In this document: one piece after another, positions 27,120 through 36,540 of the stretch
Layout of the letters: every line of letters starts with the position of its first letter
How positions within the stretch are numbered: the first letter of the stretch is position 1
Source of the DNA: an uncultured Pseudomonadales bacterium
Lineage (GTDB): Bacteria > Patescibacteriota > Microgenomatia > UBA1400 > UBA1396
Reading direction: 5' to 3'
DNA length: 64,000 nucleotides
Assembly (NCBI GenBank): GCA_964447905.1
Contig: CAYUUK010000002.1
Coordinates: forward strand, 21,176 to 85,175
Notes under the pieces: generated by a model
Seen by the model: only the letters and a program-made list of their open reading frames with translations
What the model was told of the DNA's origin: nothing
Database searches by the model: none
Made by a program: the position numbers and the translations under genes

Positions 27120-28319
27120 CTAGAACTGTGAGGTTAAGTTATAAATTGGCATGACAATAGCGATAATAAGGAAGCCAACGCCAATGCCCAAAACCACCAT
27201 AATCATTGGTTCAAGAGCGGTGGTAAGTCCTTTAATAGCGTGCTCGGTTTCGGACTCATAGTACTTGGCCAGTTTTTCCAGCACATCGTCGAGCTGACCA
27301 GTTTCTTCACCCACCGCCACCATTTGCGGCAAGAGCGGGGGAAACACCTCTTCTTTCTCCAGCGACCCAGAAAGCGGCCGCCCTTTTTCTACACCATTGC
27401 GAGCCGCTGCGATTGCATTCTGGTACACCAAGTTATTCATACCATTTTCGACAATATCGAGCGCTTCTAGCAGTGAAATACCAGCGGCAATCATCAACGA
27501 CATGGTGCGCGAAAACTCAGTTACTAAAACTTTTTGTTGTAACTGACCCATCACCGGAATTCGCAGTTGCAGTTGATCATACTGCAAAGCTCCTGCCGCT
27601 GTTCGCTTCCAAGCTCGAAACACCACAAACCCGCCCACCAGCAGAGCGCCAAAGACATACCACTGATTGCGCAGAAAACTCGATAAATCAATAAGCATCT
27701 GAGTTGCAAACGGCAACTCAGCATCAAAGTCGGCATACAACTCGGTCATGCGCGGCACCACAAAAACAAGCATGACAATAACCACTACGAGCATAGCGGT
27801 CAAAACGATGCCCGGATAGATCAATGCCCCTCGTGTTTTGGCGCGAAATTCTTTCTGCTTTTCGAGCGTATCAGCTAGACGCAAAAGGATGGTATCAAGC
27901 GCACCGGCTGCCTCACCAGCTTGCACAAGTGAAACATACACTTTGTCAAAGATGCTGTGCTTGGCTAGGGCATCACCCAAATTCGATCCACCTTCAATAT
28001 CTTGCACCATTTGACGAATCACTTTTTCAAATGCGGGCTTGGCTTGTCCTTGCAAGAGATTCAGCGCTTGAATCAGCGGCAAACCAGCGTTGATCATTGT
28101 GGCTAACTGACGAGTAAAGTTGACAATATCGTCCGCTTTCACACGAGAAAGTTGTGCGTTGATAGCGCTCAGTGTAGATTCTGAATGGTCTTTGAGCCCA
28201 ACAATAAAAAGACCTTTTTCCCGCAAAATAGAGGCCGCCACATCTTTATTTTTAGCCTCGACTTTTCCCTTTAATTTACGTCCGCTCGTGTCTCGCGCGC
28301 GGTACTCAAACTGTGGCAT
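27120..28319 (-). CDS. pilC: type IV pilus platform protein PilC (GspF family)
   Basis: 399 aa with two GspF repeats, three TM segments, and a conserved N-terminal MPQFEYRARDTSGRKLKG. Confidence 0.85.
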   Translation of the reverse strand: MPQFEYRARDTSGRKLKGKVEAKNKDVAASILREKGLFIVGLKDHSESTLSAINAQLSRVKADDIVNFTRQLATMINAGLPLIQALNLLQGQAKPAFEKVIRQMVQDIEGGSNLGDALAKHSIFDKVYVSLVQAGEAAGALDTILLRLADTLEKQKEFRAKTRGALIYPGIVLTAMLVVVIVMLVFVVPRMTELYADFDAELPFATQMLIDLSSFLRNQWYVFGALLVGGFVVFRAWKRTAAGALQYDQLQLRIPVMGQLQQKVLVTEFSRTMSLMIAAGISLLEALDIVENGMNNLVYQNAIAAARNGVEKGRPLSGSLEKEEVFPPLLPQMVAVGEETGQLDDVLEKLAKYYESETEHAIKGLTTALEPMIMVVLGIGVGFLIIAIVMPIYNLTSQF

Positions 28320-28346
28320 AGATACTTTGTGCTGTTTTTTTCATCT

Positions 28347-29411
28347 TTAGTGACCCATCAAACGATCTAACTCAGATGGTCGAATGGCTCGACGCTTCGC
28401 CTCTTCATAGGAAATCTTTCCGCCATTAATGAGCTGCACTAAATGTGCCTCAAGCGTCATCATGCCAGCTTCACCAGAAGTTTGCATGACATTATCAATC
28501 TGGAAAGTCTTTCCTTCACGAATCAGGTTTTCCACCGCACTCGTATTCATGAGAATTTCTAAAGCGGGAATTCGCGACTGCCCATCTACAGCGGGAATTA
28601 AGCGTTGCGACACAACTGCTTTTAAGCTGGCAGCCAACTGTTGGCGAACTTGGCTCTGCTGATGCTGCGGAAAAACGTCGATAATACGGTCAACTGTTTC
28701 TGGACCAGAGTTGGTATGCAAAGTAGCAAACACTAAGTGACCAGTCTCTGCCACCGTCAGTGCTGACTGAATCGTTTCTAAATCACGCATTTCTCCCACT
28801 AAAACAATATCTGGATCTTCACGCAAGGCGGAACGTAGCGCATTCGTCCAGGAAAGAGTGTCTTCATGCACCTCGCGCTGAGAAATAACCGATTTTTCTG
28901 GCTCATACACAAACTCAATCGGATCCTCAATCGTAAGAATGTGCTCAGAGCGAGACTCGTTTATTTTTTGAATCATGGCTGCCAGAGTCGATGATTTACC
29001 GGTACCAGTCGGACCCGTTACCAATACCAATCCCGCTCCAAAGTTAGTCATATCATGGATGATTGGTGGAAGTCCGAGTTCATCGATACTTTTAATACGA
29101 ATGGGAATCAAACGCAACGCCGCGGCAATAGAACCACGCTGCGTATACACGTTCACACGGAAACGAGCTTTGTCTGCATATTGGTAGGAAAAGTCGACTT
29201 CTTTCTTCTCTTCAAAGACTTGAAACTGTGTCTCGTTCATTAACGGTTTAATGAGATCGTACGCCGCGGCCGCTGAGAGCGCCGACTCACCGTTCACCGG
29301 TAAGAGCTGACCATGAATCCGCACATGCGGACGATGTCCGGCTACCAGATGAAGGTCCGAAGCTTCATACTGGATAAGCATTTCCATCATTTGCACGAGT
29401 GTAGCTGCCAT
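28347..29411 (-). CDS. pilT: twitching-motility / pilus retraction ATPase PilT
   Basis: ASDLHL motif, Walker A GPTGTGKSST, and Asp/His boxes. The ORF track extends to 29474, but the start at 29411 (MAATLVQMMEM...) matches PilT N-termini and avoids overlapping pilB. Confidence 0.85.
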   Translation of the reverse strand: MAATLVQMMEMLIQYEASDLHLVAGHRPHVRIHGQLLPVNGESALSAAAAYDLIKPLMNETQFQVFEEKKEVDFSYQYADKARFRVNVYTQRGSIAAALRLIPIRIKSIDELGLPPIIHDMTNFGAGLVLVTGPTGTGKSSTLAAMIQKINESRSEHILTIEDPIEFVYEPEKSVISQREVHEDTLSWTNALRSALREDPDIVLVGEMRDLETIQSALTVAETGHLVFATLHTNSGPETVDRIIDVFPQHQQSQVRQQLAASLKAVVSQRLIPAVDGQSRIPALEILMNTSAVENLIREGKTFQIDNVMQTSGEAGMMTLEAHLVQLINGGKISYEEAKRRAIRPSELDRLMGH

Positions 29412-29442
29412 ACTGTCCTTATTCAGTTCTTCATTTTGCGTT

Positions 29443-31266
29443 TTATGTTTGCGCCACACGGAGCACTTCTTCAAGGGTCGTAATTCCTTCGAGTGCTTTG
29501 ATGTAGCCGTCTTGTTTCATAAGCATCATACCGTTTTCTGCCGCCGCATGTTCGATATCCGCTGCTGACTTCTGCTGCAAGATCATTTGACTGATTTCTT
29601 TGGTCACCGGCAGCACTTCAAAAATACCAACACGACCATGATACTCCGATACCGTACTGGCACGATCACTGCGAGCCCTACTCAAACGCACATCAGCCTC
29701 AGTAATATTTTTCTTCTGCAGATACTGTTCAAAAAGAGGACCGAGTGTTTGCCGAATATCTTGTAGTACTTCAGCGGGTGGAACGTACTCTTCCACCGCT
29801 TCAGGATTCAAGCGTCGAGCCACACGCTGGGCCATAACGAGCGTAATAGAAGAGGCTAAAAGGAACGGCTCAGCTTTCATATCAATTAAACGTGGCAACG
29901 CACCGGCAGCCGAGTTTGTGTGAACGGTTGAGAACACTAAGTGACCAGTCAAAGAAGCCTGAATAGCCAACTCCGCTGTCTCCTCATCACGAATTTCACC
30001 GACCATGATGATATTTGGATCCTGACGCAAGAAGGAACGCAGACCAGAAGCAAATGTTAAACCGGCTTGGGTATTCACCTGAACTTGATTGATACCTTCT
30101 AGCTGGTACTCCACCGGATCTTCCAGTGTCATGATGTTCACTTTTGGCGAATTGATTTTATTCAAAATAGAGTAGAGTGTCGTGGTTTTACCGGAACCAG
30201 TTGGACCCGTAACGAGCACAATTCCATGCGGAATTTGAATCGCTTCCTGCACACGATCGTACGCTAACCCAACCATGCCAAGTTCATTCAAAGAAGGCAT
30301 ATTTTCTGACTTCTGAAGCAAACGCATCACCACTTTTTCGCCATGCACAGTCGGCAGCGTGGAGACACGCAAATCAACTTCTTCCATACCAGAACGGAAG
30401 GTAAAACGTCCGTCCTGCGGGAGTCGTTTTTCGTCGATTTTGAGATCAGAAAGGATTTTGATACGAGACACTACGCCTTCGTGCACGGACTTTGGCAACA
30501 CTAACTTTTCTTGCAAAATACCATCAATACGGTAGCGAATACGGGTGCGCTCTTCCATTGGCTCAATATGCACGTCACTCGCTCGTGACTTGAGAGCAAA
30601 TGACAGCACCGTCTCGACAATCTTCGCAATTGGCGCCTCGCGCACTACTTCACCAGAAGCAATAGCTTTGTCTGTTTCACCAGCAACAAACACTTTTTTA
30701 CCGGTAAAACTCGAAGTATCCTTGAGAGCTTGTGATACTTCACTCGAAAGGCTCTGTGCATACCGCTCAGCAATGGCGCGCTGAATATCACTCGGCGCGG
30801 CAATGCTTGGTTTCATGCGCAAGCCAGTTTTGCGCTCTACAAACTCAACTGCTTGCAAGTCCAAAGGATCAGACATCACCACCGAGAGCTCTTTATTCTC
30901 TCGATCCAGTCGAAACGGAAGTATTCCATACTGCTTGGCAATACCATCGGGCACTTGTGAAAGCGCTTCCGGGGAAGCACCAATCGTATCGATATCAACC
31001 AAAGGAATGTTATAGAGAATTGATTTTGCCTCTGTGAGCGCTTGTTCGCTCACGTAACCCTTTTCTTCTAAAATGGCATCTGGACTTTTCCCAGTGCGGA
31101 TTTGCTCGAGTGAAATGTCATCAGACTGAATCGGGGTCAACTTTCCCTGGTCCAAAAGGACCTCAACTAAGGTTGAGTATCGTTTTCGGGCAGCACCTTG
31201 GCCTCCTTGCAGAGGAGAGAGTGGTGCGCCACTTGCCGAAGGAACCGCTTGGGCAGGCTGATTCAT
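29443..31266 (-). CDS. pilB: type IV pilus assembly ATPase PilB (GspE family)
   Basis: GspE N-terminal domain, Walker A GPTGSGKTTT, and a tetracysteine-less but conserved His box. The likely start is MNQPAQ at 31266; the ORF track extends to 31359. Confidence 0.85.
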   Translation of the reverse strand: MNQPAQAVPSASGAPLSPLQGGQGAARKRYSTLVEVLLDQGKLTPIQSDDISLEQIRTGKSPDAILEEKGYVSEQALTEAKSILYNIPLVDIDTIGASPEALSQVPDGIAKQYGILPFRLDRENKELSVVMSDPLDLQAVEFVERKTGLRMKPSIAAPSDIQRAIAERYAQSLSSEVSQALKDTSSFTGKKVFVAGETDKAIASGEVVREAPIAKIVETVLSFALKSRASDVHIEPMEERTRIRYRIDGILQEKLVLPKSVHEGVVSRIKILSDLKIDEKRLPQDGRFTFRSGMEEVDLRVSTLPTVHGEKVVMRLLQKSENMPSLNELGMVGLAYDRVQEAIQIPHGIVLVTGPTGSGKTTTLYSILNKINSPKVNIMTLEDPVEYQLEGINQVQVNTQAGLTFASGLRSFLRQDPNIIMVGEIRDEETAELAIQASLTGHLVFSTVHTNSAAGALPRLIDMKAEPFLLASSITLVMAQRVARRLNPEAVEEYVPPAEVLQDIRQTLGPLFEQYLQKKNITEADVRLSRARSDRASTVSEYHGRVGIFEVLPVTKEISQMILQQKSAADIEHAAAENGMMLMKQDGYIKALEGITTLEEVLRVAQT

Positions 31267-31389
31267 ACCTTCATGGTACGCGAAGAATGCAAAGAAATCC
31301 AGACTGATGAATACCAACTCAGTAGACTTCAGAATTCGTGTTTGCCCCAGGGAATACAAAACTCCCGTTCACCGTGCTACGCTATTGGT

Positions 31390-32076
31390 ATGAATAACGG
31401 CTCATTGCCTCTGAGTAGTGAAGTATTTGATGAATCTGCAGCCAGCACAACGAGCAGCGCAAACAGCACAAACGCCTCTGCTCAACAACAGGTTCTGCAA
31501 AATCTCATGGGGAACGGAAGCTCCCAACGCACGCAAGCTCCGCCAATGCACGGCGGACCACAAGGAATTCAAACACCGAAATCTACTGAGATGTCGCAAG
31601 CTCGCCAGCTCCTCTCACCAATTGCACTCATTCGTGCCGCCTCAGAACAAATCTTTGGAGCAACCACACCAGAAGAGCAGCAAAAGCAGCAACAGCGCCT
31701 GGCAAAAGACCATGAGGCCATGGCGAGAAATAAACAAGAGTTAGAGGCATATCGGCAAAAGCAGCGAATGGGCCGGCAACAACAAGCGCAAGAAAACGCG
31801 GCACTATCCCAACAAGTTGAGTCACTGCGCAACTCACCGAGCCATCATATTGGCAGTAGCAAAACCGAAAGCGCACTCCTGCAGAAAATTGCTCAAGATG
31901 GTCAGGCTGCGAGTAAGAAGCAAAGTGGCATGCGCATGCCGCAATCCACGCCAAAAGGTCCTGCTGCGCAAGGAAATGGCGCAGCCAAAACCGACATGAT
32001 CGCGGCCATGATGCCAGAACAGAAAAAATCGAAGCAATCCGAACCAGCGATGATTGAGCTACCACTGGGCGAGTAA
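31390..32076 (+). CDS. hypothetical Gln-rich low-complexity protein, divergent from pilB
   Basis: The ORF track shows 31198..32076, but its first 64 codons overlap pilB. The start at 31390 (MNNGSLPL...) is more plausible. Q/A/K-rich and predicted disordered. Confidence 0.4.
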   Translation: MNNGSLPLSSEVFDESAASTTSSANSTNASAQQQVLQNLMGNGSSQRTQAPPMHGGPQGIQTPKSTEMSQARQLLSPIALIRAASEQIFGATTPEEQQKQQQRLAKDHEAMARNKQELEAYRQKQRMGRQQQAQENAALSQQVESLRNSPSHHIGSSKTESALLQKIAQDGQAASKKQSGMRMPQSTPKGPAAQGNGAAKTDMIAAMMPEQKKSKQSEPAMIELPLGE

Positions 32077-32142
32077 TTTTTCACACTATTCACAGCCAAG
32101 AAAGTTCGTACTCAGTATGAAGCGTAGCCCTTTCACTGGTGC

Positions 32143-32150
32143 GATACAAT
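32143..32150 (+). promoter_or_regulatory. -10 element (cGATACAAT) 9 nt upstream of the sufC ATG; leaderless arrangement
   Basis: TACAAT at 32145..32150, ATG at 32160. Confidence 0.35.
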
Positions 32151-32159
32151 ACACTTGCT

Positions 32160-32924
32160 ATGCTGCAGATCAAAAACCTCCATGCCTCAATAGATGACAC
32201 GCCAATTTTGCGTGGTGTCTCTCTCGCGATTCGTCCTGGTGAAGTGCACGCCATCATGGGTCCGAACGGTTCTGGAAAATCAACTTTGGCATACACCCTG
32301 GCAGGGCATCCAGCGTATACCGTTGATGAAGTACACTCGGAATTACTGCTTGATAGCGAAAACATGCTCAACATGTCACCCGATGAACGAGCAAAAAATG
32401 GGGTCTTTCTGGCGTTTCAGTATCCCACAGAGATTCCGGGTATTAGTGTGCAGAATTTTCTGCGAGCCATGTGGGAAGCACGCTTTGGTCCGCTGAAAGA
32501 CAACCCTCAGAAAATATTTCCTTCGTTCCTGGCATTTCGTCAGTACCTGCAAGAACAGGCGGAAACGTTACGCATTTCACCTGATCTACTCACTCGCAAC
32601 CTCAACGAAGGCTTTTCCGGAGGAGAGCGCAAACGCGTCGAGATACTGCAAATGACCCTTTTCCGCCCACGCTATGCCATTTTGGATGAAACCGATTCCG
32701 GTTTAGACATTGACGCTCTCAAAATTGTGGCGGAAGGCGCTCAAAAAAGTGCCCAGGATGCCAACACCGGCATTCTCCTCATCACTCACTACCAGCGAAT
32801 TTTAGAGTTTATTCAACCAGACTTCGTTCATATTATGGTGAACGGCCAGATAGTGAAAAACGGTGAAAAGGAACTTGCTCAAGAACTCGAAAACACCGGC
32901 TACAAACCCTACCTTACAGAGTAA
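32160..32924 (+). CDS. sufC: Fe-S cluster assembly ATPase SufC
   Basis: ABC ATPase with Walker A GPNGSGKST and the LSGGERKR signature. Confidence 0.9.
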   Translation: MLQIKNLHASIDDTPILRGVSLAIRPGEVHAIMGPNGSGKSTLAYTLAGHPAYTVDEVHSELLLDSENMLNMSPDERAKNGVFLAFQYPTEIPGISVQNFLRAMWEARFGPLKDNPQKIFPSFLAFRQYLQEQAETLRISPDLLTRNLNEGFSGGERKRVEILQMTLFRPRYAILDETDSGLDIDALKIVAEGAQKSAQDANTGILLITHYQRILEFIQPDFVHIMVNGQIVKNGEKELAQELENTGYKPYLTE

Positions 32925-32928
32925 CCTC

Positions 32929-34356
32929 ATGGCTCGATTCGCACCCCTCAAATCAGCTCAGAACACTTGGTCGCAAGGCGATGCCTACGAGCATGGCTAC
33001 TCCTTTAGCACCGAAGACTACGCGGTTATTACCGATCCTGGCCTGGACCAGCGCACAGTGGAGCTTATCTCCCATCACAAAGTTGAACCTGACTGGATGC
33101 TCCAGCAACGCGTCAATGCCTTCCGCTTTTTTGAAAAAAAACCACTCCCAACTTGGGGCGCCGACCTCTCTGGCATCGATTTTAACGCTATCCACTACTA
33201 CCTCCGCCCAAGCAATCAAGCCTTCAAAACCTGGGCTGAAATCCCGGAAGATATGAAACAAACCTTTGAGCGAATTGGTGTGCCGCAAGCCGAGAGAGAA
33301 GTGCTAGCCGGCGTCAAAATGCAGTACGACAGCGAGGTCATCTACGGTTCACTCAAAGAAACCTGGGAAAAAGACGGCGTTATTTTCTTGTCGATGGACG
33401 AGGGATTACGCCAGTATCCTGATCTGGTCAAAGAGTATTTTGGAAAGATTATTCCATCTGCCGACAACAAATTTGCTGCTTTGAACACCGCGGTGTGGAG
33501 CGGTGGCTCGTTTGTGTATGTGCCGCCTGGAGTGAAAGTCAGCATGCCCCTGCAAACGTATTTCCGCATTAACGCCCCCAATGCCGGTCAGTTTGAGCGC
33601 ACACTCATTATCGTGGATGAAGGAGCCGAGGTGCACTACATCGAGGGCTGTACCGCGCCAGCCTACCAGGCGAGTTCTCTCCATTCTGCCGTCGTGGAGA
33701 TTGTCGTGAAAAAAGGTGCCCGCTGCCAGTACACCACTGTGCAAAACTGGTATAAAACGGTCTACAACTTGGTAACCAAACGCGCCGTGGTGGAAGAAGA
33801 AGGTGAAATGATCTGGACAGATTTCAACATGGGCAGCAAAGTGACCATGAAGTATCCGAGCTGTATTCTGAAGGGCAAAGGTGCCCGCGGCGAAGTACTT
33901 TCTATGGCGGTGGCCGGAGCAGGCCAGCACCAAGACACCGGCAGTAAAGCCATCCACTTGGCTCCGTACACAAGTTCGTCAATTACCTCTAAATCGATTA
34001 GTAAAAACGGCGGGCGCGCGGGCTATCGCGGTTTAGTCGAGGTCGGGCCACTGGCGCACCATTCCAAAAACAAAGTCGTTTGCGATGCTTTGCTCCTTGA
34101 TGAACATAGCCGGTCCGACACATATCCAACCGAGCGGGTGAAAAACCAGCACGTCAAACTCGAACACGAAGCCACCGTCAGCCGCATTGGCGAAGAACAG
34201 CTCTTCTACTTAATGAGCCGCGGACTTTCCGAAGAAGAAGCGAGTAAAATGATCGTGCGCGGCTTCACCGAACCGCTGATCAAAAAACTCCCGCTGGAGT
34301 ACGCTGTAGAAATGAATCGCCTTATCGACATGGAAATGGAAGGTTCGATCGGCTAA
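32929..34356 (+). CDS. sufB: Fe-S cluster assembly protein SufB
   Basis: SufB/SufD beta-helix domain. Highly conserved SufB blocks (FxxxGVxxxE, VVCDALLLDEHSRSDTYP, EHEATVSRIGEEQLFYLMSRGLSEEEA). Confidence 0.85.
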   Translation: MARFAPLKSAQNTWSQGDAYEHGYSFSTEDYAVITDPGLDQRTVELISHHKVEPDWMLQQRVNAFRFFEKKPLPTWGADLSGIDFNAIHYYLRPSNQAFKTWAEIPEDMKQTFERIGVPQAEREVLAGVKMQYDSEVIYGSLKETWEKDGVIFLSMDEGLRQYPDLVKEYFGKIIPSADNKFAALNTAVWSGGSFVYVPPGVKVSMPLQTYFRINAPNAGQFERTLIIVDEGAEVHYIEGCTAPAYQASSLHSAVVEIVVKKGARCQYTTVQNWYKTVYNLVTKRAVVEEEGEMIWTDFNMGSKVTMKYPSCILKGKGARGEVLSMAVAGAGQHQDTGSKAIHLAPYTSSSITSKSISKNGGRAGYRGLVEVGPLAHHSKNKVVCDALLLDEHSRSDTYPTERVKNQHVKLEHEATVSRIGEEQLFYLMSRGLSEEEASKMIVRGFTEPLIKKLPLEYAVEMNRLIDMEMEGSIG

Positions 34357-34375
34357 TACGATCAAGAAAGGAAGC

Positions 34376-35080
34376 ATGTTTACCGCTCATACACTCCACC
34401 AGCAAGCACAAGAGTTCCGAGAACAAGCGCAATCAGTGGAAGCCCTTGCGCTGTACGAAAAAGCTCTTGTGGAGTATATTTCTGAACAAGATGCTGAAGG
34501 AATCATTCGCGTACTTTTAGAAAAAGTTATTACCTATCGACATCTTTTTTTCTTTACCAAGCAGTATATCTACATCGAGCTTGCAGCTACAACCTTGCAG
34601 ATGGCGGAACACATGGCAAACCTCAATAAAGAATTGCTCGATTCTGAACTGCACGCAACCGTGATCTTCCACATTGCCCAAATAACAGAAGCCATGGGAG
34701 AGTCCGAAGAAGCAGTGCAAGTGTATGAAGAAGCACTTGAATATCTTCCCAAAGAAATGACAGCTAACAAAGCCAATATACTCTCGCATCTTGCGCTCAG
34801 CGAATGGCACAGTGGCAAAAAAGAAGACGCGATGAAACATTTTTCTGAAGCGCATAATTATCTTGAAACGAACAGTGAAACACAAGATGCTCAGACAAAT
34901 ATTATTTGGCTATCTGGATCACATCTGCTTCAGGCAGAAGCTGTATGCGAAACAAATGTTAAGGAAGCACTTCAGCACATAAAAGTGGTTAAAAAACTTC
35001 TCAATTCAGAAGAGGAATACCCCATTCGCTGGAAACAAATGAGAGAGATTGAGGAGCGCATTGAAAAAGACACTGCCTGA
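34376..35080 (+). CDS. all-helical TPR-like hypothetical protein inserted in the suf operon; lower GC than neighbours
   Basis: 234 aa with repeating helix-turn-helix (LALYEKALVEY..., VQVYEEALEYL..., KHFSEAHNYLE). No SufD beta-helix signature. Confidence 0.45.
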   Translation: MFTAHTLHQQAQEFREQAQSVEALALYEKALVEYISEQDAEGIIRVLLEKVITYRHLFFFTKQYIYIELAATTLQMAEHMANLNKELLDSELHATVIFHIAQITEAMGESEEAVQVYEEALEYLPKEMTANKANILSHLALSEWHSGKKEDAMKHFSEAHNYLETNSETQDAQTNIIWLSGSHLLQAEAVCETNVKEALQHIKVVKKLLNSEEEYPIRWKQMREIEERIEKDTA

Positions 35081-35612
35081 CTACTATATTCCAGTGACCA
35101 CGAATGAAGCGCCACAAGTACTGTTGCTCGAAAGGCCTGGTCACTACCGTGTAGAACTACTTGATCCCGGAATAGAACTGCGTATTCGAGGTGGTTGGCA
35201 TCTTACTGGTTCAGATGAGAAAAACATAACTCTCGATATCGTGCATAAAGCACCTCACACTCGTTCTGAAACACTTTTGCGAGGAGTAGTAGAGGACTCA
35301 GCACATCTTATGTTAAGCGGAACAATTATTGTTTCGCCACAGGCTCAAAATACAAATGCTTTTTTGACGGAGAATATTTTATTGCTTTCTGATGATGCTC
35401 ATGCAGAAGCTGTTCCGAACCTAGAAATTAGTGCCAATGAAGTAAAATGCTCACACGCTGCCACAGTGACCAATATCGATGATGAACACCTCTTCTATTT
35501 CGGCGCCCGCGGCATTGATCCTACCACAGCGAAATCAATGATAATTTCTGGATTTTTATCGGAAATACACGAGGGAATTTCTCCTACCAGCCTGATCCAA
35601 ACCCCGCTATAA
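35049..35612 (+). CDS. sufD: SufD-like protein, C-terminal domain only (truncated or split SufD)
   Basis: The C-terminal SufBD blocks are conserved (NLEISANEVKCSHAATVTNIDDEHLFYFGARGI...). It overlaps the upstream TPR-like ORF by 32 nt in another frame. Confidence 0.5.
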   Translation: MRSALKKTLPDYYIPVTTNEAPQVLLLERPGHYRVELLDPGIELRIRGGWHLTGSDEKNITLDIVHKAPHTRSETLLRGVVEDSAHLMLSGTIIVSPQAQNTNAFLTENILLLSDDAHAEAVPNLEISANEVKCSHAATVTNIDDEHLFYFGARGIDPTTAKSMIISGFLSEIHEGISPTSLIQTPL

Positions 35613-35613
35613 T
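35606..35613 (+). promoter_or_regulatory. -10 element (gcTATAAT) 6 nt upstream of the prs ATG; leaderless arrangement
   Basis: TATAAT at 35608..35613, ATG at 35620. Confidence 0.35.
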
Positions 35614-35619
35614 ACGCCC

Positions 35620-36522
35620 ATGGTACTCTTAAGCGGACAAGCGAATCCACACCTGGCAAAAGCAGTGGCCGAAAAGCTCGGCGCCACAGCTGGAGAAGTT
35701 GATATTCAAAAATTTAAAAATGGCGAAAAAAGTCTACGTATTGTCACGCCTGTACGTGACGAACACGTGGTTATCATTCAATCGCTTTCCAATCCAGTCG
35801 ACGAGCACTTTGTCGAACTCTTACTGTTGATAGATGCCGCTGAGCGCGCTGGAGCCGCTGAAACCACCGTCGTCATGCCCTGGATGGGATACTCCTTACA
35901 GGACAAAACTTTCCAAGATGGTATGCCCATGTCCGCCCGTGTTATTGCGGACAGTATTTCGCACCAACACGTACATCAGGTTGTTTTAGCGGATTTACAC
36001 AACCCCAGCGTGGCGGGATTCTACTCGGTACCCACTCGTATTTTGAATACTTTCCCTTTGTTTGCCCAACATATTCGCCAACACGTTGACCAAGATTTTG
36101 TCGTGGTTGCACCGGACTTTGGCGGCCTGAAACGCGCTCATTCCTACGCGCAACAACTCAACGCCCCGCTAGCGCATATCGAAAAAACTCGTAACCTGGA
36201 AACCGGCGAAGTCACTATTCATTCTTTAACCGGTGCCGACATTCAAGGCAAAGCCTGTATCGTTATTGACGACGTAGTCAGCACTGGCTCGACAGTAGTC
36301 GAAGTAGCCGAAGCGCTCGAACAAGCAGGCGCCAAAAGTAGCCATTTTTACGTGACCCACTTTTTATACGTACCAAAATCGCTTGAGAGACTGACCAACA
36401 GTCCGCTCAACAGCATTGTGATCACCGACTCCGTGTCTCCGTCCGGGGGCTTCCCCGAATCCCCGAAACTCACCATGTTGTCCTTAGCGGACACCATTAC
36501 CAACGAACTCAAAACACACTAA
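35620..36522 (+). CDS. prs: ribose-phosphate pyrophosphokinase
   Basis: PRPP synthetase N-terminal domain and the PRPP-binding loop (VIDDVVSTGSTV). Confidence 0.85.
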   Translation: MVLLSGQANPHLAKAVAEKLGATAGEVDIQKFKNGEKSLRIVTPVRDEHVVIIQSLSNPVDEHFVELLLLIDAAERAGAAETTVVMPWMGYSLQDKTFQDGMPMSARVIADSISHQHVHQVVLADLHNPSVAGFYSVPTRILNTFPLFAQHIRQHVDQDFVVVAPDFGGLKRAHSYAQQLNAPLAHIEKTRNLETGEVTIHSLTGADIQGKACIVIDDVVSTGSTVVEVAEALEQAGAKSSHFYVTHFLYVPKSLERLTNSPLNSIVITDSVSPSGGFPESPKLTMLSLADTITNELKTH

Positions 36523-36540
36523 CGCACACAGAAAGACACC

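Noticed and set aside
31198-31389. N-terminal 64 codons of the 31198..32076 ORF and the first 31 codons of the pilB ORF (to 31359), which overlap each other
   Set aside because: An overlap of more than 160 nt between divergent genes is implausible. The internal starts at 31390 and 31266 give non-overlapping genes with better N-termini.
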